The notes below the pieces were generated by a model that was given only the letters and a program-made list of their open reading frames with translations, made no database searches and had not been told where the DNA came from. From Octopus vulgaris (taxonomy: Eukaryota), in NCBI GenBank assembly GCA_951406725.2, contig OX597814.1, forward strand, positions 60,326,001 through 60,390,000: a stretch of 64,000 nt of DNA, read 5' to 3'. Below, piece after piece: positions 55,592 to 64,000 of this stretch. A program made the translations under genes and the position numbers. Numbering within the stretch: the first letter of the stretch is position 1; each line of letters starts with the position of its first letter.

Positions 55592-55627
55592 ACACACACA
55601 CACATACGCACACACACACACACACAC

Positions 55628-55696
<69 letters not shown>

Positions 55697-55789
55697 GGAG
55701 AGGTCTCTGTGTGTATGTCTGTGTCACGCGCAAAGGATGAATAGTTGATTCAGGCACTCTTCACGCTCTCACCAGGCTCTTCTCGACTG

Positions 55790-56210
55790 CTATCGGCCAA
55801 AATCACCCTCTACGTGCAATCATGACTGTTTATCTAACAGTAATGGAAAGGAAAATTCCTTCAATACTTTATGATCCTTTTTCCTGGGGGTTTACGTGTC
55901 GGAAGAGGAGGCTTCAGACTGTCAAACTGCTTAATAGGCAAGTTATTATCCTCCACAATGATACTAAGTACTTTTCTCCCGTTATCTGTATAATAGTCCT
56001 GATATAGTGAGTCCAAAATAAAGAGCGTTCTTATATACTCAAGCAAAGATCTCACAACCACATGGTCTCCGTCAAAAACATCAGAAAATAAAATACTACA
56101 AAGCACGTATGCAGTTTTTAAAAAAATCGCCTTGCGTTTGGTGTTAGCTGGAAGATCGCTCACAAATCCAGACCATACATGAGGCTACTGTGATATGCAA
56201 ACCATGCATA
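55790..56210 (-). pseudogene. Possible L1/Tx1 post-RT relic
   Basis: Non-repetitive ORF 55861-56163; GL..DLPANTKRKAIFLK weakly resembles the L1/Tx1 GGL..P......A..LK motif. Confidence 0.35.
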
Positions 56211-56499
56211 CCGAATAAGATCCTTATTCCATAGAATTTGAAGTGAGAGTCATATATAAAGCAGATATTACCTTTCCTTAGTAAACTTTTACTCGACAAA
56301 CATATTTTTCCAGCATAAATTTTATAGATAAGTTTATATACACATACATATGTACAAATATATATACATGTGTGTGTGCGTACGTACGTATGTGTGCGTG
56401 TGTCTCTGTGTGTGTGTGTGTGTATGTGTGTGTGTGTCTGTGTGTCTGTGTGTGTGTGTGTGAGCGTGTGCGCGCATGTATATTTGTGTGTGTGCGTTG

Positions 56500-56785
56500 T
56501 GAAGGTGCGTGCCTTATTGGTTAGAGAATTTGGCTCATGGTTCGATTCTCAGCGGCGCGTTGTGTCCTTGAGCAAGACACATTATTTCATGCTACTCCAG
56601 TCCACTCAGCCGACAAAAATGGGCTGTACCTGTATTTCAAAGGGCCAGCCTTATGACATTCCGTGTCACACTGAATATTTTGAGGACTACACACACACAC
56701 TCTTGTGTGCTCAGCCATTTGCATGTTAATTTCACGAGCAGGCTGTTCCGTTGATCAGATCAACTGGAACACTCGTCGTCGTGGC
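56500..56785 (+). mobile_element. SINE family C
   Basis: ggttcgattctc and gtgtccttgagcaagacac (CORE-like); 3' part shared with 14869-15250. Confidence 0.8.
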
Positions 56786-56812
56786 AGTAGTTAGGGTGTG
56801 TATATGTGTGTG

Positions 56813-56855
<43 letters not shown>

Positions 56856-56966
56856 TATAATATAGAATGAAGTTTGTTTTTGTTTTTGCTTTTTTTACAG
56901 AAAAAAAAGATTCCATCAAAAAATGTAGCAGCATATTAAAATACCTTTAAGGTTAAAATTATAAAC

Positions 56967-57346
56967 AACTTATAAATAAGGGCTAAAGAAAATTATTTCT
57001 ATGCCAATATACTGATAACAGACTTTTAAATCGTCAATTTCCACATATTATTTACTCGCTACAGGAAAAACACGAAGAGCTGAAAAAGCCAGCCCGATAG
57101 AATTTTTAAATAGATTTTTTCCTCTTCTACTGAAGAGGAAAAATTCTATTATGAGACTAATTCCGAAATTGATTCAATATATAAATAACGAACTTTTTTA
57201 AAAAATTCTATCGGCCGGCTTTCCTCGTTTTCAACTCTTCGTGTTTTTCCTGTAGCGAGTAAATAATATGCGGAAATTGACGATTTGAAAGTCTGTTATC
57301 AGCATATTGGCATAGAAATAATTTTCTTTAGCCCTTATTTATAAGT

Positions 57347-57347
<1 letters not shown>
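56967..57347. repeat. Young fold-back with ~140-bp arms and a hammerhead-like spacer
   Basis: 56967-57107 is a near-identical reverse complement of 57201-57347. The spacer reads CTGAAGA ggaa..ttcc GAAA ttgat TC. Confidence 0.92.
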
Positions 57348-57391
<44 letters not shown>

Positions 57392-57414
57392 ACATATACA
57401 CACGTACAAACATA

Positions 57415-57456
<42 letters not shown>

Positions 57457-57546
57457 TACAGGGTAGTAAAATATTATTTAGAATTCTTTTTTACTAAAGT
57501 GGCCTAGCCTGTAGAAAAACTGGTCAATAGACTAAATATTATTCAT

Positions 57547-57869
57547 TATATACAGAGTACATTTAAACACATAAGAGATGGCCATAATCGGACATCTAAG
57601 CCGGTAGAAGGAGTAGGCATGTTCTGTAGTACCTCGGGCTTATATTTTAATCTTTGGCTTTCCTGCTGATGAGAGCTTCCCCAAGCAAAATATTTTATTT
57701 GCTGGAGATAGCTTGAAACTATAGTCCAGGAAATAGATGGTAAATGTTTTTATTTTTATTCCCTTTCGAAATTACCCCTAATTGTGGTTTGGATTTTAAC
57801 TACTCCTTCTAGCGGTTTAGATGTCCGATTATGGCCATCTCTTATATGTTTAAATGTACACTGTATATA
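57547..57869. repeat. Fold-back with ~70-bp arms enclosing a hammerhead
   Basis: 57547-57616 is the reverse complement of 57800-57869. Confidence 0.9.
57659..57733 (+). ncRNA. Type I hammerhead ribozyme (best copy)
   Basis: uuuccug CUGAUGA gagcu-[hairpin agcaaa/uuugcu]-agcuu GAAA cuauag UC caggaaa; 7-bp stem I and palindromic stem III acuauagu; predicted cleavage after C57726. Confidence 0.8.
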
Positions 57870-58254
57870 TATATATATCTATGTATGTATGTATGTATGT
57901 ATGTATGTATGTATGTATGTATGTATGTATGTATGTGTATATGATGTATGTACACTCACTTATATATATATATATATATATATATAGCAGAATTAGAAAT
58001 AGAAAATCCTTGCTGCAATATTATATATTTGAAAAATGAAAAGATAAATTCAGATAAATTTTCCACTCTGAAAACTAGATGTTTATGAATTATTAAATGT
58101 TTAAACACCTTATGTTTTTTAAGCATATAATTATCAAGGTAGAAAAAATTTCTCTAATATTTACCCTTCTTTTCTTTTTATTCCTAGCCTTTTCGTCCAT
58201 TAAAACTTACCCTAACCATATATTTTTATCGATATCGATATTTATATATACACA

Positions 58255-59290
58255 AGAATGAAAATAATACTGACATCTCATTTTAACACATATATCTACC
58301 AACATTACATAAAATATCTTGAAATACTAAAGAGTAAATTGGTTCAATAAAATCGCCATAGGCTTCAACCACGGCCTCCAGACAACTTCGGAATCTTCTG
58401 CAAATTTTCTGGGCGGTCTCCTTGTTTAAGTTGGTGAATGCTGCCATAATCCTCGCTTTCAGTTCATCTTTGGTGTAACAAGGAGTTTTGTAGGTTTCTC
58501 GCGCAACTGTACCCCACACATTATAATCGAGGCAGTTGCAGTCTGGTGACCAGATGTTAGAGGTGATGTGGTCGCAGAAATTGTTTGACAGACATGACAG
58601 GGTTCTCCTGCATGTGTCTTATGGTACAGAGTCCTGTTGCCAGACATAGGGTCTTCCAGCAGCCACGCTCTTGACCCAAGGCAGCGCTACCTCCTCCAGG
58701 CACTTGATGTAGGCCTCCATATTGAGTCTGAGGCCGTGTGGGAAGATGAATGAAGGCATAACGTCGCCATCGTTAGTAATCACTCGAACACCATGATGTT
58801 GACTGGATGTTTGATTTTTATCACTCACGGTACATGTTTTAGTGACACGGCAAGCCAACGGTTGTTCTGTGCGTTCACCATCTGATTCTGGCATGTTCGG
58901 TCGGAGGAGATACTTGAGCTTGTTCAAAAGCTTTGTAATGCAGTCTTTTCTCATCCTTGATGGCTTGGGATAAAAAATTAACCCTTTCTTATCTTGTATG
59001 AGGAATACCGAGTGTCTTCATGCACTGCCAGTCTAATTTTAAAAAACTCCCATGTCCTTGGCAATGGACGTGATTGACTTGGAGGAAACGTTATCAATCA
59101 TGACCTGGAGCTCACCAACAAATTCAGGAGTTCTTTTCTTATCAGAACGATCAGAGTCAGTTTTTTCCGAGCTGCCGTATGTTCGTAATCACCATTAGAC
59201 TCATCCAACTCTTTCTGAATCATCTGCACTGTCCGCAGATTGACGCCCAAACACTCTGAAATGTCCTGCGCGAATGCCAAGCAGTACAGC
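58255..59290 (-). mobile_element. maT/DD37D-like transposon, second copy of the 41585-42461 family
   Basis: DGDVMPSFIFPHGLRLNMEAYIKCLEEVALPWVKSVAAGRPYVWQQD; WGTVARETYKTPCYTKDELKARIMAAF. Confidence 0.88.
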
Positions 59291-59506
59291 ATATTTATGG
59301 GAGCAACTGTCTTCGAAGATTCATATTGTCGTTGAATGCTCGAAATGAGGAGTAGATAAACAGCCAACAACTGATGAAAGGTCGTTCTTTATGTTACTTG
59401 TCCTGTTTTCCATTTGTTTCTCTCGTTGTTTGGGTATTGAACTCATTTGTTTTCGTATTTCATGTTGTTTACTGTTGGTGACATCCTATACCCATATATG
59501 CATATG

Positions 59507-59565
<59 letters not shown>

Positions 59566-60658
59566 GTATATAAGCATATATATTATTTATATTATTTTAT
59601 TGAACGTCACGCTTCCATTTCCAAGTTTATCTATATGTGTGTGTATTTGCGTGTGTGTGTGTATATATGTATGTATGTATGCATGTACGCAAGTATGTAT
59701 GTATCTATGTATGTGTGTGTATATTTATCATTTTAATATTCTTTTCTTTTTTCCCGGCCTTTTCGTCTATAAAATGTTTCTAAACGCGTATATAAGTGTG
59801 TGTGTACACATAATATATATATATATATACATACACACATACATACATACATACATACATACATACATACATACATACATACATACATACATACATACAT
59901 ACATACATACAATACGTGTGTACACATGCACACACATAATCTACACACATTCGCACACACTCTACTTTGAGTTGTACGATTCCACTAAATTTTTCACATT
60001 CAGGTGTAATCACATATGTGTATACATACATGTGTGCGTATGCATGTGTGTGCAAGTGTGTACACAATTTGTAAATATAGCACGCACATATGCATATATT
60101 CATACGTGCATGACTAAATGTTGACCTCATCGCAAAATATCACCTGTTTCTTGTATTTCCATTTTGCCAACATTATCATAAAATAAACCATTATTATCTG
60201 TGTTGAAAGAAACCATTAATGTTTACCGAATTGTTTGTCTTCGATGCCTGCAAAGAAATTTATTTTCCAAGACATTTTTATACTCAAGCATATGCTACCA
60301 TTCTTACTACTCACACACACACAGACACACACACACACACACAAACACGCACTTGTTCTTGTTTTTCTAGTCTACATTTATTCTATAGCTTACCGTCTCT
60401 GCACTTTCTCTTTGGGAAGTGAAAGGTTTTTTTTTACTTTGGGGAGGGGGCGGTTCATTTCTTTTTACTCTCGTTTTCTATTTTTTTCCTTTAGTTGTGA
60501 ATTCTGTCTTTTAATCGTAATAGCTATCTGCCCATTTCATCTACTGTATCTTTCTATCTATATTTTATATACGTTTATATGTGTGCGTATCTTATCTTTC
60601 TGTCTATCCCTACATCTATCTATCTATCTATCTATCTATTTGTATGTATATATATATA

Positions 60659-60703
<45 letters not shown>

Positions 60704-60773
60704 GTGTGTATGTTAATATATATATATGTGTTTGTGCCAATGTATACATATATATATTGATAAATACATGCAC

Positions 60774-60804
<31 letters not shown>

Positions 60805-60812
60805 TTCACGCG

Positions 60813-61045
60813 CAAGAGTGGTTGTGTAGTAAGAAGATTGCTTCCCAATCACATGGCTCTGGGTTCAGTCCCACTGCGTGTCACCTGGCCAAGTGTCTTT
60901 TACTATAACCTCGGGCCGACCAAGACCATGTGAGTGGATTTGATGAACGGAAACTGAAAGAAGCCCGGGGAGGCGCGTGTCGCTCTATCTGTGTTTGCCC
61001 TCCACCACCACTTGACGACCGGTGTTGGTTTGCTTACCTCCCCGT
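60813..61045 (+). mobile_element. SINE family A, 5' part
   Basis: gagtggttgtgtagtaag..GGGTTCAGTCCC..ctcgggccgacc. Confidence 0.85.
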
Positions 61046-61481
61046 CATATATATAGAGAGAGAGATAGATACTAATTCTCTGTTTAACTATTTATCTATC
61101 TGTTTATCAATATGTTACCAATTCTTTTTTCCCATGTCCATCAGCCTCATCATGATCCTATACTTATCATACCTCTTCTCCCCTGAATCGTTTTTTGTCT
61201 TTCTTCTTGTCCCTCTATTATCCCGTTACATCCATTTTTTTCCAAATTTTCCTATCGTTAATGTATTTCTCTCGTTTTTATTCTATCCATACATGCTTTT
61301 CAAACCCTCTTCTACAACCCTCTACCCATTTTTTCTTTATCTTCTGTTATATTCCTCCTTGTTTGTCTGTCTTGTCCATGTATCTCACCCTTTCTTTCGC
61401 CCTATTCCTTCTTGTTTGTTTGTCTCTCCGTTCGTTTCTCTCTTTCATCCTAGATTTTCTTTCCTCCTTTCCTCTTTCCCA

Positions 61482-61525
<44 letters not shown>

Positions 61526-61771
61526 TCTTTCTCTTTTCCAATGTGTAAAATCTTCTATTTAAATGACGCCAGAAGCAATGAAATAAATTACATTTTCTCG
61601 GTGTTGTTTGCGTGAAAAGACACACATTTAATTTCGTTTGAGTAAAAAGAAAAGAAAAATGTTAAAAGAAATCGAAAATAAAAATGAAAATTGTTATCAG
61701 ACTATAAACTTTAGTGGATTTTATCTGGTATGCACTCATACACATTTTCAATAGCAGTACACTTGCCGATG

Positions 61772-61851
<80 letters not shown>

Positions 61852-62404
61852 GTCCTCTCACTCTTTCATTCTCTCTATTTTCTCTCTTGTACAGCCTAGA
61901 TGAGTTCTCGCCTCTTCTCTTCTACAGCCACGACAGTCTCTATTCTTCTCAACTTGAAGTCTTAATAAGCAGCAGATTGTGTTGAGTCTTGTCGAATATA
62001 CAACTTTTGTTGGTGTAAGCTAATATTAGATACAATTCCATTGCGCTGATGTTGCTGGAGTAATAAAATGTCCGCAGATCTCTCTATTATCAACGAGAAT
62101 TAGACTGAGCTTACGGAACAACAAACAAAATCCCTCAAAGCGTCCTCCATATGATTGGTCTGCAAACAACAAAGTGATTTATATCTTCAAGGTACTGCAT
62201 GCAGAAAATTAATCAACTTCCCAAATTCAACATCTAGCAATTATGTCACATCTTTTATCGAAAAGCGACATAAGAATTAAAAGCAAACGATGAACTCCAT
62301 AAGAGTCTGAATTAATTAATAGAAGTGTAATCAGTTTAAGAATTTTGCCCATTTAAAGACAATCAAATCTTCCTGAATTTAGCAGGATCTTACACTTGCG
62401 ATAT

Positions 62405-62578
62405 TGGTTTCAAACTTGGACACAAGGCTTGCAATTTCGAGGGAGAAGCTAAGTCGATTACATCGACCTCATGATGAAAGGATGAAAAGCAAAGTCACCC
62501 TCGGTGGAATTTTAACTCAGAGCGAAATACCGCCAAGCATTTTGCCCGGCGTGCTAGCGATTCTACTGGTTCGCCACC
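62405..62578 (-). mobile_element. SINE family B
   Basis: ggtttcaaacttgg..aaaggatgaaaagcaaagtc..cgattctactggttcgccacc. Confidence 0.8.
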
Positions 62579-62799
62579 CTACATACACTTACATTCATGA
62601 TACTGAACAACAGAAATATACAAAACCAAAATAGATCTGATTTTTCTTTGTAGTTTCAAACAAACAATCGCCCCTGACATGACACATTGCCAATAAAACG
62701 AGTGACACGACAAGTACAAATGATTCTAAATTTAAAGCTACGAACCTACAAAAACAACTACACAAATAGAAAGAACATTTCTGGAACCTTCTCAGTAAC

Positions 62800-63265
62800 C
62801 CTAGTAGTTTCATATAGACTCATAGAAACTGTTGTTAAACAGAATCTTACCATCAAACGTAGATATACTCAATGATGAGCTGGAAATGACCAAAAACAGG
62901 AACGTAGCTTGCTTTGATGATATATCACCAGAATTCTAATGGTCAAAGGTATTCAGTATATTTCAGTTTTGTAATGCAGTAAATCGAAACCCAACTGAAA
63001 AATGGATTGTAGACTGCTTTCACCCATTCTCCAAAGAAAAGTTTTTGCATGTTAACAATTACCGGGTGATTATCCTTACAACAATACCAGCAAAAATTAA
63101 CAAATTTTTGTTGAACTGCATTCAACCATAACTCAAGAAGGTTCTACGGAGGAAGCAAAATGAGTTCAGAAAAATTCCATCTGTTGCTTGACAGATTTTA
63201 ACAGTCAGAGAAATCGTTGAGAGAGGCAAATCTAAAAGTCTGCAATCAGTTTTAATTTATAGTTT
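62800..63265 (+). pseudogene. RTE-like LINE RT N-terminal relic
   Basis: ACFDDISPEF, KWIVDCFHPFSK, NNYRVIILT, LRRKQNEFRK..QILTVREIVE. Confidence 0.75.
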
Positions 63266-64000
63266 TCGATTCTGGAGCAATTACGAAAATTTGAGGATAA
63301 GAAGAGGAACTTTCAACTTTTTCATAAATCGATAGAGAGGTAAAAATGTGAGTATGCAAGTTAACCAAGTGATGAAAGTGGTATAATTCACAAATTTTAA
63401 TTCTTCAATGCCGGGAGGAGATGAAAATTTCAAAGTTATGAGAAAAAAGTCTCATTGCTCAAGACAAATCAGAGATGTTAGTCTTTTGGAGGAAATGTAG
63501 CCACCGGGAAAACATTACAAAATATATTTAGAGGTGCATCCACGGTAGTTTTGTAAATTGGATGTTTTTAAGTTATGCACGTGAGTCTTGAAAAAGTTTT
63601 CCACTTAAATACAGCTTATATTGCAACTTCAATAATGAACCACCTGCTTGTATACTCTATGTATAGGGTGCTGTATACTCTATGATACTCCCTTTTAACT
63701 CAAACGTGGTGGGGCTGTATTTTCTCGTTCTTCCAAAAGTCAAACATACTTGAATAAATTTGCCGGAAACCGCCTTTCTTGGGGATTCAAGTGATAGGAT
63801 CTTTTCTTTTTGAAAGCCAGATTTTTCAGATTTTTCTAGTTAACTAAATAATTTGAAACTTCGTATACTGGTAGAATGTGTCAAAAGAAAACAATAATTT
63901 CAACTAGTTTTTTTGACAAAAATGTATTTTATAAGTTTATACGTAGTTTAAATCTGCGAATTTTAACCAATCGTATTCTCTGTATTCAGTTGAAATTATT

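Noticed and set aside
59447-61562. Long ORFs (225, 232 and 210 aa) and all similar YI/CV/HT/poly-L/V/I/N ORFs
   Set aside because: They are translations of microsatellites, SINEs and pyrimidine-rich low-complexity DNA, with no domain motifs.

Overview
AT-rich, microsatellite-dense eukaryotic (metazoan) DNA. The repeat families and simple-repeat load suggest a cephalopod such as Octopus; this is inference. I found no host protein-coding exon, and almost every ORF in the track is a simple-repeat artefact. The window is a transposon graveyard containing three tRNA-derived SINE families, two Helitrons (one with a PIF1-helicase fragment), mariner, maT/Tc1 and Tigger relics, L1/Tx1, RTE and R4/Dong-like LINE fragments, and several Penelope-like (PLE) relics. 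The most notable signal is a dense set of type I hammerhead-ribozyme motifs with palindromic minimal stem III. Several have long stem II insertions, one family has a non-canonical U3-A8 core, and many sit inside short fold-back (inverted-repeat) non-coding elements. Other notable structures are a ~1.45 kb fold-back with different SINE subfamilies inserted at the same site in both arms, a trimeric SINE under one TSD, and a perfect 24-bp hairpin. All boundaries were read by eye and are approximate.
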